Shown one piece after another: positions 9,027 to 18,272 of a DNA stretch of 64,000 bases; position 1 is the first letter of the stretch, and each line of letters begins with the position of its first letter. Below the pieces are notes generated by a model. The model saw only the letters and a list, made by a program, of their open reading frames with translations. It had not been told where the DNA came from and did not search any database. The DNA is from Leptolyngbyaceae cyanobacterium (lineage in GTDB: Bacteria > Cyanobacteriota > Cyanobacteriia > Phormidesmidales > Phormidesmidaceae): the NCBI GenBank assembly GCA_965263355.1, contig CBDHHL010000045.1, positions 1 to 64,000 on the forward strand. The letters run 5' to 3'. The position numbers were made by a program, and so were the translations under genes.

Positions 9027-10820
9027 CTAGTCAAGTGAAGTGATTTTTTCTCTAATGGGTCTCGGTGGTGCAACTGCTGTTTTAGTTCGGGACGATGGCG
9101 AATAAGGGTTGTTACTACTCCAAATAATAGCTTGACTTAAGGCATCAACGCGATCATCATGTTTAGCCGCTGGGAATTTAGCAAACTCATCTACAATCCC
9201 ATCAATTTGTTGAGTCTGCCCAACCTCTTGAATTGACTTCCACATTTGAACGATAGGGACAAATCTATCATTGCTCCGTATTTGTGGTGGCGTTATATCC
9301 CACCATTCATGAACAGTTATTTCACGCTTTAATTCTTTTATTAATAAGCTGCACTCCCGATCTGCCGGAAGAAAAATAAGTCCATTCTCTAAGTACGGTT
9401 GGATGATTAATGCCCTAGCCTCTTTGCTGTCACTCCCAGGGTTGAACCGCTCTATCCCGATTAGCACAGCTTCTAGTCGGTCAGACAATGCTGATCCGTT
9501 AGCTTTTTCCTCAATAATTTTAACAATGGCAGAAGGATGTTTAAGGCTCATCTCTTTAACAGCCGATTCCGCTTCAATGATGCCTGCCTTTCCATGCCAT
9601 TCATCTATCAAATATCGCTTAACACTTAATGCACGTTTGGCTTCTAGATTTTTAAGGTGGTCTTTCCATTTAATCCCCTTTGGGGCTGGTGGAATTTCAG
9701 TTAATGCTTCTGGCCATATTTCCCCAATTATCAAAATTTCACAATAATCATTGGTAGGTCCTTTTTTGAATGGAGTATCAACACTCATTATTATTCGATG
9801 GGTCTCAGGTAGATCTGCATACAACCCCCAAGACTCTCTCTTAAACATTCCTCCAGCCATTGGCGCAGGTTCTTGTTGGTGCTGTGCAGCAAAGTAATAA
9901 CTTCCTTTGGCTTTCTCTGATTCCACAAACTCTACATCAAAACGAATCGGGTCCATTAATTCCCCTGGTTCTGTTCTAGGATCAATCCACCCAATAGCTG
10001 TTGGCTTATCTCCAGGGACAAAGCATTGACGGATTCGCAAACGATCCCATTTGCCAGTGTTAAAAACATGGCCCGCCCAATCGTCTTCATGCAATTTTTG
10101 GCATATTCCTATCCTCACTGGTCTTGAAGGCGTTGAAACACGGTTTTCAATAGCATTGTCCCAGCGCTCATGAACATGAAGCCGCTTCGGCTCACTAAAA
10201 ACCTCCTGCGCATCGTCTAGATCGTCACAAAAAATTGCGTCCGATCTCTGTCCTGTGATTCGACTGTCAACACCCCCTGATGTTCTGCGCCCCCCTGCAT
10301 CATTCCAAAAATTTTCAACGGCTCGCTTATCAACCCTGATCCGCCACGCTGGCTTAAATGTTTCTTGATACCATTCAGATTCAATCAAATCTCTAGCTAA
10401 TAGCGCATCCCGTGATGCTACCCCAGGAGTGCCGGACAGATACATTCCCCTCCAAGATGGTTCAATTAGCCACATCCAAGGTGTTGTGCAAACACTCGCA
10501 ATTCTAGATTTTGAGCTACCTGGAGGAACATGTATAAGCAAATTTTGCATTCGTTGCTTATACTCCTTGTCATCGCGGCTACGCAACCAATCACGCAACA
10601 TTGCCTCAACATGTTCACAAATAGCCTCTAAATGCCAATTCCAAACAAGCTCAGTCGATGGCTCTAAAAAATCCCAAGAATCTCTGAAAAACTGAGACAA
10701 TGATATGTCTATGCTTGGAGATGAATTTCCAGCAGCAGTCACATTAACCTGCTGAAGCTCTTCTAAAAAGCTCGATAAAACCGTACTCATCCCATGACTA
10801 AGCTGCATTTTTCTTCTCAT
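9027..10820 (-). CDS. terL: Terminase large subunit
   Basis: VPPGSSKS Walker A-like motif, AIFCDD Walker B, QHQQEP, nuclease SVD...D, IEEKANG, KHDDRVDALSQA. Confidence 0.9.
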   Translation of the reverse strand: MRRKMQLSHGMSTVLSSFLEELQQVNVTAAGNSSPSIDISLSQFFRDSWDFLEPSTELVWNWHLEAICEHVEAMLRDWLRSRDDKEYKQRMQNLLIHVPPGSSKSRIASVCTTPWMWLIEPSWRGMYLSGTPGVASRDALLARDLIESEWYQETFKPAWRIRVDKRAVENFWNDAGGRRTSGGVDSRITGQRSDAIFCDDLDDAQEVFSEPKRLHVHERWDNAIENRVSTPSRPVRIGICQKLHEDDWAGHVFNTGKWDRLRIRQCFVPGDKPTAIGWIDPRTEPGELMDPIRFDVEFVESEKAKGSYYFAAQHQQEPAPMAGGMFKRESWGLYADLPETHRIIMSVDTPFKKGPTNDYCEILIIGEIWPEALTEIPPAPKGIKWKDHLKNLEAKRALSVKRYLIDEWHGKAGIIEAESAVKEMSLKHPSAIVKIIEEKANGSALSDRLEAVLIGIERFNPGSDSKEARALIIQPYLENGLIFLPADRECSLLIKELKREITVHEWWDITPPQIRSNDRFVPIVQMWKSIQEVGQTQQIDGIVDEFAKFPAAKHDDRVDALSQAIIWSSNNPYSPSSRTKTAVAPPRPIREKITSLD

Positions 10821-11514
10821 TCATAGCCAGCATTTGTTCTACTGCTGTAGCCATCGCATCAAATATCCGTTGCTGTGACTCTTTATCCTCCACCTCTTGA
10901 GGCACAACCTTTTGTAAATTTAATTTTATTGTTTGTAAAACTGTAAGCATGTCCGTAATCGTGACATACGCTTTTAGCTCCATTAACCGTCTACGTTCTG
11001 AAATCTTGAGCTTATCTAACAATGCCGTTAACCTCTCCACATCAGCCCATGCCAATCTTTGAGTGTGGCCTGTGTCTATCAGCTCCATAATCGTATTAAG
11101 CGCTTTCTGTGCTTTTGCTTTTGCTGTAGGGTCAGACTGGCTTACATTTAGTTCAAATTCATATTTGGCCGCATGTAAAAGATCCCATGCTGTATCAGAT
11201 TCCCCTGTGTCAACCCTCTCTATTAACTCTGCTAACCTTGATCTGAGTAAAGCTACCTCATCCTTGCCGGATAATAACTCAGGATCTCTTAACCCTTCTT
11301 GATACGCTTCAAGAAGCCTAGCAGGAACTACTTTGGCATAAATGCCATGCTTATAGTTTGGCGCTAAAGGACCAGGCTTAAACTGTCCACGCCTTCTTCT
11401 CTCACAGGCTACACAGTAATCACTCGTATGTTGAGCCCATGCTCTGCATGGCTTTCCATTAGTTCGCTTCCCAGCGCATTTTCTAGAAATATGACCAGCA
11501 GGGGGACGTGGCAT
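10798..11514 (-). CDS. Putative terminase small subunit
   Basis: N-terminal CAGKRTNGKPC..C..C and NYKHGIY motifs; directly upstream of terL. Confidence 0.6.
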   Translation of the reverse strand: MPRPPAGHISRKCAGKRTNGKPCRAWAQHTSDYCVACERRRRGQFKPGPLAPNYKHGIYAKVVPARLLEAYQEGLRDPELLSGKDEVALLRSRLAELIERVDTGESDTAWDLLHAAKYEFELNVSQSDPTAKAKAQKALNTIMELIDTGHTQRLAWADVERLTALLDKLKISERRRLMELKAYVTITDMLTVLQTIKLNLQKVVPQEVEDKESQQRIFDAMATAVEQMLAMNEKKNAA

Positions 11515-11617
11515 TTATGTACTAAGTAGATTTTAACATGGAACGAAAAGCACCATGTCTATGGTACATGACATAACATAGGAGTGTGAAAACCTTTGTC
11601 CTATAACGGTTTAAGAC

Positions 11618-12352
11618 ATGGAACAAGACACGGTACATGACCCGCTTTTTAGCCGCATTGAGTCTGGCAGCATTGAGCAATTACAATTTGACCCAGACAA
11701 CGCAAACAGAGGAACCGAAGCTGGCAATTATGTCTTAACTAAGTCCATTCAGCGTACAGGCTTAGGTCGTGGTGTCGTTGTTGATAAAAATCTGACTCTA
11801 CTTGCCGGGAATAAAACCACCGAAAAAGCAGGGGAATTAGATGCCGCTGAAGATGTAGTTTATGTTAAAGCCACCGGCAAAACATTGGTGGTCACCGTTC
11901 GCGAAGACTTGGATCTATCTGCCCCTGAAGATTCCCCAGAATATCAAAGAGCTAGAGAGCTGTCTGTATCTGACAATTGGGCATCGGTAAAAAACACTGA
12001 TTTGATGACGGAAGTACTAGAAAAATATAAAACCAAAGGGGTTAAAGTCAAAGAATATATAAATGATGCTGACTGGGATTGGCTCATTTCTGATACAGAC
12101 AATACTGACAGTCAGGACCAAAACGAAGAACCCACCGACAGCGATCGCGAACCTCAACAAAACCCTGAACCCCAGCAAAACCTCGAACCCCAGCAAATGC
12201 CGCCATTAGGCGATAGCGATAAAGTGCCGTTAGCAATCGTCTTGACTCAGGATGAAATGTTTGAATGGAATCAAGACAAAGAGCGGTTGGGATACGCTAC
12301 GGATAGCAAAGCATTTAAGGAGATGTGGCGGCAGTGGAAAGACAATCACTAA
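11618..12352 (+). CDS. ParB/Srx-like domain protein
   Basis: LQFDPDNANRG...SIQRTGLGRGVVVDKN..LLAGN...DN pattern of phage ParB-like domains found near terminases; acidic EPQQ-repeat linker. Confidence 0.6.
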   Translation: MEQDTVHDPLFSRIESGSIEQLQFDPDNANRGTEAGNYVLTKSIQRTGLGRGVVVDKNLTLLAGNKTTEKAGELDAAEDVVYVKATGKTLVVTVREDLDLSAPEDSPEYQRARELSVSDNWASVKNTDLMTEVLEKYKTKGVKVKEYINDADWDWLISDTDNTDSQDQNEEPTDSDREPQQNPEPQQNLEPQQMPPLGDSDKVPLAIVLTQDEMFEWNQDKERLGYATDSKAFKEMWRQWKDNH

Positions 12353-13608
12353 CCACATACTATGGAGGCTTTTTACTAAACGCCCCATGCCCGCTAGAGC
12401 TAAGTCTGAATGTGTGCAGTCACCATTGCCCATTCTGCTTTGCCAATCTGAACAAGCCCAATCGCGTCGCTAACACTAGCCAGATATTCGGCCTATTCAA
12501 AAATGCTTTTTCCCCTGGCAAGCTAACCCTAGAAAAGCATTTACTGCGGTCTGGATACCCGATCCAATTTAGTAATCACATAGACCCGTTTGCAGGCAAT
12601 AACTATGAGCTAAGCCTACGAATCTTAGAGACACTATCAGAATTAGATGTCCCCTGTTCTCTTCAAACTAAAGGGGGCCATGGCCTGCTCAAAAAGCCAA
12701 ACAAATATCACTGCTCAGCGCTGGACCTGATTAAGCCCACGGTCTTTTATGTGTCACTAGAGACGCTGGACGATGACATCGGAAAGAAAGTATCTGCCCC
12801 TGGTGCGCCTAGGCCATCGTTGCGGCTAGAGATGATTGAAACACTAATTGCCCATGGCCATCGTGTTTGTGTTGGCGTTAATCCAGTCGTGCCTCAGTGG
12901 TTGCCTGACCCTGAACTGATGGTCACAACGCTGCACAGCATCGGTGTTGAGGGCATATGGATTCAGCCCTTGCACTTAAGCCACAAGCAAATTTCAAAAA
13001 TGTCTGTAGCTGACAAAAAGCGGTTGGGGGATGAGATCCTTGATATGGCGCTGCCAAGGAATCATAAAAATTATCCTGCGATCGCTGAGACATTATCAGC
13101 CCTTAGAACTAAAGCCGACGAGATTGGATTGGCTGTTTACGATAATCAGCAGCCGCAACGAACAGAGTACTTTAAGCCTTATATAGAAACTTATCCCACT
13201 CGATATCCAATGATGCAGGAGTTCGTCAATTGGTGTCATGATTCCCATGAACCTGGTGATCTTATTTATTTTGAGGCTTGGTTAGACCTGATGCTGCCTA
13301 GCCTTCCTGATGGTGTATGGCCGATTGGGCAACATATTGGTGCGGTGGCTGGCCCTGGATTTTGGTCTAAGACTCGCGACTTGGGAATTACTAATCAAAT
13401 GACGTATCAAGAATTATTAGGCTTAATATGGGATTGGTTAGATTCTGTCCTGTGCCCTGCTAATGTTGGCTGCTTCCAGTGGGCTGGCGATTATGAACGG
13501 CAGTCTGACGGGACTAAGGGCTGGTCTCGTTGGACGGACAAAGACGGGCATCCTATATTAGTGTTTAATCCTGAAGCAAACGGATTATGGAGTCAGCAAT
13601 ATTTGTAA
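12325..13608 (+). CDS. Radical SAM enzyme (spore photoproduct lyase-like branch)
   Basis: CSHHCPFC (CxxxCxxC), DPF, LQTKG, APRPSLRLEMI and VNPVVP motifs. Confidence 0.85.
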   Translation: MAAVERQSLTTYYGGFLLNAPCPLELSLNVCSHHCPFCFANLNKPNRVANTSQIFGLFKNAFSPGKLTLEKHLLRSGYPIQFSNHIDPFAGNNYELSLRILETLSELDVPCSLQTKGGHGLLKKPNKYHCSALDLIKPTVFYVSLETLDDDIGKKVSAPGAPRPSLRLEMIETLIAHGHRVCVGVNPVVPQWLPDPELMVTTLHSIGVEGIWIQPLHLSHKQISKMSVADKKRLGDEILDMALPRNHKNYPAIAETLSALRTKADEIGLAVYDNQQPQRTEYFKPYIETYPTRYPMMQEFVNWCHDSHEPGDLIYFEAWLDLMLPSLPDGVWPIGQHIGAVAGPGFWSKTRDLGITNQMTYQELLGLIWDWLDSVLCPANVGCFQWAGDYERQSDGTKGWSRWTDKDGHPILVFNPEANGLWSQQYL

Positions 13609-14168
13609 TTCAAGTTGGTAATGGCGGTTCTGCCGTAAAGGCTGGAAATCATAGCAGCCAGAAAGTTGCTGGTAGTGGCTCCGGTAGTGGTGGCATTTCT
13701 GACTCAACTTTCTTAGCTGCTGAATCCGAAAAAAAATTAGAACCAATTGCCGCTAATGCAGAAATAACTTTAACCTCTGCTCTACCCAACGATGCAGCCG
13801 CAACAACCATGAGCGAGATAGTCTCAGCTCAAAACTTGCGTGTATTTGACAACGACGGCACCATGGCCCGCATGGATTGGGATTCTAGCTATGCCAAGCC
13901 AACGCGATCGCAAATGATTGACACTTCCGGTGGTGGATTTCTGGCTACTCTAACTTTCGCTAACAACCTTAAAAATGATATTGCCCGTGGTCGTGGAGAA
14001 AGTATCGGATCTCTATCTGTAGCAACTGCTAAGCAGGCCTACGAGGTAGGCAAATATAAGTTAAATAAAATGTGGTCAGGAGCTAGCAATGCTGACCGTG
14101 CAGCAGCGCTCAAGGCTAGTTCCAGTACACCTAAGCAGTTAAGAGAGTTAGGACTCAATATCCGATGA
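13587..14168 (+). CDS. Hypothetical protein with N-terminal IFVIQVGNGG tag
   Basis: Overlaps the radical SAM gene end; tag followed by a G/S linker and a unique domain. Confidence 0.7.
   Translation: MESAIFVIQVGNGGSAVKAGNHSSQKVAGSGSGSGGISDSTFLAAESEKKLEPIAANAEITLTSALPNDAAATTMSEIVSAQNLRVFDNDGTMARMDWDSSYAKPTRSQMIDTSGGGFLATLTFANNLKNDIARGRGESIGSLSVATAKQAYEVGKYKLNKMWSGASNADRAAALKASSSTPKQLRELGLNIR
13598..13627 (+). repeat. 30-bp tag-encoding repeat, copy 1
   Basis: aatatttgtaattcaagttggtaatggcgg; 28/30 identical to 14173-14202. Confidence 0.9.
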
Positions 14169-14794
14169 ATTTAATATTTTTAACTCAAGTTGGTAATGGC
14201 GGAATTTACAAGGCAAGGCAAGCCGCTGCTGCCGCTGCTGCTGCTAAAGATAAGGCAACTGATAGTGGAGGCAGTTCGCTTTCTGGAATTACTAAAACAG
14301 TTAATGAAGATGGTGATACCTTCTATGAATTTGATCAAGGTCCTAATTCTATTGAATTCGAAGTACTCAATCAAAGCTATATCGGTGATAAATCAAACGA
14401 AGTTAATTTCAGAGTAAATGGCCGCTATTATGCAGCGGGAAACATATCACCTCAGGATGGTGCTGCGATCGCGTCAAGAGTATCCAGCATAATGAAATCC
14501 GATGCAGCCACCAGACCTGACGGGTTCTTGTACTCTACTACTGCAGCTGTAGGGGACGGTAGAGGTTCGTCAAGGACTGCACTCTATAGTAGAGCTGGAT
14601 TTTCATTGCCTAGCGCAACCAGCCAAGACAAGACTCAATATGCAGTTGTAAAAAACGGTAAGCTTGTCCCTTCTACAAAGGATGGCAAAGCATATAACGC
14701 TACTCAACTAGCTAAGCATCGCCAGCAAGTTAGAGACTCAATTCGTCAGGCTGCTAAAGAGAGGCGAGCCGCTAGACAGCAAAATGCTGCCTAA
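14165..14794 (+). CDS. Hypothetical protein with N-terminal IFLTQVGNGG tag
   Basis: ATGA overlap with the previous gene; tag followed by a poly-Ala/G-S linker and an unrelated domain. Confidence 0.7.
   Translation: MNLIFLTQVGNGGIYKARQAAAAAAAAKDKATDSGGSSLSGITKTVNEDGDTFYEFDQGPNSIEFEVLNQSYIGDKSNEVNFRVNGRYYAAGNISPQDGAAIASRVSSIMKSDAATRPDGFLYSTTAAVGDGRGSSRTALYSRAGFSLPSATSQDKTQYAVVKNGKLVPSTKDGKAYNATQLAKHRQQVRDSIRQAAKERRAARQQNAA
14173..14202 (+). repeat. 30-bp tag-encoding repeat, copy 2
   Basis: aatatttttaactcaagttggtaatggcgg. Confidence 0.9.
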
Positions 14795-15033
14795 ATTCCA
14801 TCGGCCATAACAGCGTCAACATCCTCTATAAATTCCTTTATCGCTGCTAACACTATCTTGGCCTTATCTTCGCCAAGTTCAATGATTAGATTGTTAAATA
14901 TTTTAGCCAGTTCAGTCTCTTTGTCTTCATCTGAAAAGCCCTGAAGTCTTTCTTGCTGATCTATTGAGAAATTCTCCCCAGCTCGGGTCAACTCGTTATT
15001 TTTATACAGTCGGTGGTTAATATTCATAATCAA
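14791..15033 (-). CDS. Hypothetical protein
   Basis: Small acidic ORF convergent with the tag operon; start codon uncertain. Confidence 0.45.
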   Translation of the reverse strand: MIMNINHRLYKNNELTRAGENFSIDQQERLQGFSDEDKETELAKIFNNLIIELGEDKAKIVLAAIKEFIEDVDAVMADGI

Positions 15034-15051
15034 AAAGGGGCCGAGGCCCCT
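15032..15051 (-). terminator. Intrinsic terminator
   Basis: aggggccgaggcccct hairpin with a T-tract on the minus strand, after ORF 15061-15411. Confidence 0.6.
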
Positions 15052-15060
15052 AGCGTTGGT

Positions 15061-15411
15061 TTATTGGAATGGGTCGTAAGCGGCAGCCGCTGGTCTCATT
15101 ATCTGTTCTACTTGGTTAGAGCTTAGCTTATAGTTCTCTAATTGCCAGTCGGCCAGGGCAGCTTTATATGTGTTGGTATCGTTGCTAGAGTCGCAAACCG
15201 TAGCCTGCAATTCCGCTCTGATTCGCTCAGGATTGAAAGTTAATTGCTCCAGCATCGCCTCAAGACAGTCTCTTTGGTCGTCGTCTAGCTGGGCGTTTGC
15301 AATGTGCTGGGCCATTAGTTCTAGGCTGCTCTGAGTAGGCTGGCTGCCGGTTGCGATCGCGTTGCTCAAGATGTTTAAGAGATTATCGAAGTTCATTTTT
15401 GCTTGCCTCAA
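15061..15411 (-). CDS. Hypothetical protein
   Basis: Has its own promoter and terminator; true start may be slightly downstream. Confidence 0.55.
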   Translation of the reverse strand: MRQAKMNFDNLLNILSNAIATGSQPTQSSLELMAQHIANAQLDDDQRDCLEAMLEQLTFNPERIRAELQATVCDSSNDTNTYKAALADWQLENYKLSSNQVEQIMRPAAAAYDPFQ

Positions 15412-15425
15412 TCGGTGTTACTAAC

Positions 15426-15454
15426 AGTATTGCTTTTTTTATTTCACCTGTCAA
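15426..15454 (-). promoter_or_regulatory. Sigma70-type promoter
   Basis: TTGACA-N17-AATACT followed by gttagtaac, the same downstream sequence as the 17801 promoter. Confidence 0.6.
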
Positions 15455-15864
15455 GTCTTTTCTTGACATTTTCTGAGGCAGTTTGATTATGGCTTAGAGT
15501 GCGATCTCGCTCACTGGCCAAGGCATAACATCGCGAAAACTACCGGCAAACCTAAGGCTAAACTCGCGAACTGGCACACTCTTCCCCTCCCCCCTTCACA
15601 AACAGAACGAGGGCTAAAAACGAACGTCCGTAATTGACTACCCCTAATTCGAGTAATCAAGCTCAGTTTATTCACAAAAAAAATCAAGAAATACATTGTA
15701 AATGCACAACCTAGAATCGCTGTATCTATTGATATATAAGGGATAGGCCCAAAAAGCCATTTTTTGGGCTCTGAAAACTATTTTTTACTTTGAAAATCTG
15801 GCCTAAAAATCTTTATATGCACTGTGCCACTTTTTTATAATTATCCCTTTTTACTCTCCATTTT

Positions 15865-16034
15865 TTTCTAAAACAGAAAGTTTGAAATTGAAAAATATAG
15901 AATATTAAGATATAGAAAACGCTGCAATGTATATATAGCAAGGGATACAGCCGATAAAAAGCGCTTGAAATAACTATGAAATAACTGCTGAAAAGCAGGG
16001 GATTAGTAGGGGAAACCCAGTGATTTTTTGAATG
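15865..16034. repeat. 170-bp inverted repeat, copy A
   Basis: Reverse complement aligns ungapped to 60466-60635; 17 mismatches counted by eye (153/170). Confidence 0.9.
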
Positions 16035-16395
16035 ACTTTTATTCACCACTAACGAGTTTTCAGTACTTTCAGCGCTTTGCCTATTTTGTATCAGATTATA
16101 CCGTTTGAAAAAAATAGTGTGCCAGTCCTATGTCCGTAAGTTGGATTCTGTAACACCCATGATACAAACGATATGTACATCAATGTACATGCCTGAGTCT
16201 AGGACTTATCAAAATAAGAATCCTTTATTGGCAGTACTTTTAGCGTTTTGCCCCCTTCATTCTGTAACAACCATGATACAGTTTGCTAAAATTTGACAGA
16301 TAAGCGCTTATATGTATTGAAATAACTGGCACACACCGCCCTTGCTCGTCGTTCTGGAAAGGGGGGAAGGGGGAAGGCGGCAAAAAATGGCCACT

Positions 16396-16426
16396 AAAAA
16401 ACCGCCAAGTTTTTAGACTTGACGGT
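16396..16426 (-). terminator. Hairpin/terminator
   Basis: accgccaagt...acttgacggt stem with a T-tract on the minus strand; similar to 16561-16596. Confidence 0.5.
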
Positions 16427-16560
16427 CGGTGGATTCATTTAGCTGGTTTTAGTGCGACAGATAGGCCGAGAGCAAGTCACAAAAGCGCTCGCAAGTCTCC
16501 CAAAGTAAACCTAGGCCTAGGTATGGCACGACACGGTTTATAGAAGACATTTGTGAGAAA

Positions 16561-16596
16561 CAAAAACCGTCGAGCCTAAAAGCTTGACGGTTTTTG
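16561..16596. terminator. Hairpin, possibly a bidirectional terminator
   Basis: caaaaaccgtcgagc / gcttgacggtttttg stem. Confidence 0.55.
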
Positions 16597-16712
16597 AGGT
16601 TTTTCAAGATAAAAAGATGCTCTGGTTTGGCTTATACGGTCGACGGCGCTTACCTAGCTGGCTTTCTGTGTTTTTTGCCTTGCGATCGCGCCTAGTAAAC
16701 TAATTTTCGATT

Positions 16713-17033
16713 TCACCCAGCAAAACTGCAACAGAGATAATTAACTACTTGCTGCATAACCCTTGCTGGGACTAAAAGCTGAGGCCATTCCCCGCCTGTA
16801 AAATGCTGGCAATAATTACTTTGCCTATCCCAAGTCCTAATCATGACTGTGCAGGTTTCACTGTTTAACGCCATATAGGTAGGGTGATCAGGGCAGTTGA
16901 CTAACTCGAAGTAATACCATCCGGGTGCTTCTGGTAGTTCCCCTAAGAACTTTTTTGCTGTAGGGGGTTTAGTAGAATCCATCAGGGATTGAGTTTTTTT
17001 GCTTGTAGCAGTTTTATTTTTTGGATCAGGCAT
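16713..17033 (-). CDS. Hypothetical protein
   Basis: 106-aa ORF in a small minus-strand cluster. Confidence 0.55.
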   Translation of the reverse strand: MPDPKNKTATSKKTQSLMDSTKPPTAKKFLGELPEAPGWYYFELVNCPDHPTYMALNSETCTVMIRTWDRQSNYCQHFTGGEWPQLLVPARVMQQVVNYLCCSFAG

Positions 17034-17085
17034 TGTTTTTTTCTTGAGTATTTTTTCTTGGCTAACTGAGATCTCTAACCTAAGG

Positions 17086-17463
17086 TTACGAACTAACCTC
17101 CCATTCGCTTCTAATTGAAGCCGTTTCCTTTTTTATTTTTTCGATAAACTCTTGTAAATTTAGTTCTTTTTTTTGATCACCGTATCGATTGCCGGAAATC
17201 ATCTCTTTAAGGGATTTATCCAGCCATGAAGATGTGCCCTTTCCATCGACACGTTTTAATCTATCTTGCAATCCCTGCATGCCAACTCGTCCGTACTCAC
17301 CAAAATAGAATTCTTTGAATTCTTCCAGGCTCATGAGTATAGTCACAGGCGCATTTGCAATAGTGGAATACTCAAAATATTTATCTTCTATTTTGCCAAT
17401 ATATCGAGGCATTTTTTCTCTCCTAAGTATTTTTCTTTTCTTGACTAGCTGCGTCCAGGGCAA
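17086..17463 (-). CDS. Hypothetical phage protein
   Basis: Probably starts at MPRYIGK; YFEYSTIANAP..M..EEF..Y...YG pattern. Confidence 0.55.
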   Translation of the reverse strand: MPWTQLVKKRKILRREKMPRYIGKIEDKYFEYSTIANAPVTILMSLEEFKEFYFGEYGRVGMQGLQDRLKRVDGKGTSSWLDKSLKEMISGNRYGDQKKELNLQEFIEKIKKETASIRSEWEVSS

Positions 17464-17736
17464 CTAATCAACATCGTTAGAAGTCTTTTGTGTAAAGCCT
17501 TTTGCTGGCATTATAATCACTTCTGGACTATCATTGGACTGCTTTTCCAGCATATGAACAAACTTTAATATTGAGCTAAACCGGGCATTGGGAAGCTTGG
17601 CTTCTTTGGCGGCAAAGCCCTGCCTGGTGAGGTTTAGCGCTCTAGCTGCGTCTGCGTCAACCGGGAATTCTATTTCCCTCCATTCAATCAGCATGTTTGG
17701 TAGTGATTCAAGGAATTCACTTAGTTTCATAGTCAA
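17464..17736 (-). CDS. Putative HTH DNA-binding protein
   Basis: DADAARALNLTRQGF resembles an HTH; divergent from the 17801 promoter. Confidence 0.4.
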   Translation of the reverse strand: MTMKLSEFLESLPNMLIEWREIEFPVDADAARALNLTRQGFAAKEAKLPNARFSSILKFVHMLEKQSNDSPEVIIMPAKGFTQKTSNDVD

Positions 17737-17800
17737 GCCTATTACTTACATCTGGACTATAGCAAAGCAAAATTAATTTTGCAAATAGTCAGGAAAACAC

Positions 17801-17830
17801 TTGACATCTGAAAACAAAAAAAGGCATACT
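17801..17830 (+). promoter_or_regulatory. Sigma70-type promoter
   Basis: TTGACA-N18-CATACT; 17788-17814 is 26/27 identical to 18260-18286. Confidence 0.6.
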
Positions 17831-17926
17831 TGTTAGTAACAAAGCGAAACGGGTAACCGCTAAGCGCAAACTTCCTAGAAGAACTTAGTCGCCAACCGCT
17901 AGCAAATATATTAAGGAGAAACGTTC

Positions 17927-18211
17927 ATGGCTGTTTTATCTGGCACTGCATTTTGTAAGGCAATTGAAAACGCTAACGCTCGTAAGCCCTTGACAAACGC
18001 TGATGGATATCCATTGCCGAGATATCGTTTTGCGGACGTCGAAGACGCAACCTTTTTCTACGGAGAAACGCTTGCTAAGTCAACTTTTGTTGTAGTTGAC
18101 AGCAACCGCAACTTCATGAAAATCGCGCCAATCGTTGCTGACGATAACGGCGAGTTTGCAAATGGCTTAGAAGTTACTGAGGTTTTCCCCGATGACATCG
18201 TTAAAATATAG
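17927..18211 (+). CDS. Hypothetical protein
   Basis: Strong aaggag RBS; own promoter and terminator. Confidence 0.7.
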   Translation: MAVLSGTAFCKAIENANARKPLTNADGYPLPRYRFADVEDATFFYGETLAKSTFVVVDSNRNFMKIAPIVADDNGEFANGLEVTEVFPDDIVKI

Positions 18212-18219
18212 CGACGTCT

Positions 18220-18259
18220 AACCCCGCTAACCATACCCCGGCTAGCGGGGTTCTTTTTT
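18220..18259 (+). terminator. Intrinsic terminator
   Basis: aaccccgcta / tagcggggtt stem followed by ctttttt. Confidence 0.65.
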
Positions 18260-18272
18260 GTCAAGAAAACAC

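Noticed and set aside
15813..16049. Similar short ORFs at 15813-16049 (-) and 60388-60642 (+) as paralogous genes
   Set aside because: They are by-products of the inverted repeat; starts and stops are not shared and the composition is not protein-like
16145..16280. GTA...TAC repeats as NtcA boxes
   Set aside because: Spacing is N10 rather than the N8 of NtcA sites
17843..17900. c-di-GMP riboswitch
   Set aside because: Only fragments (GAAAC, CGCAAA, CAACCG) resemble the consensus; the overall architecture fits neither class
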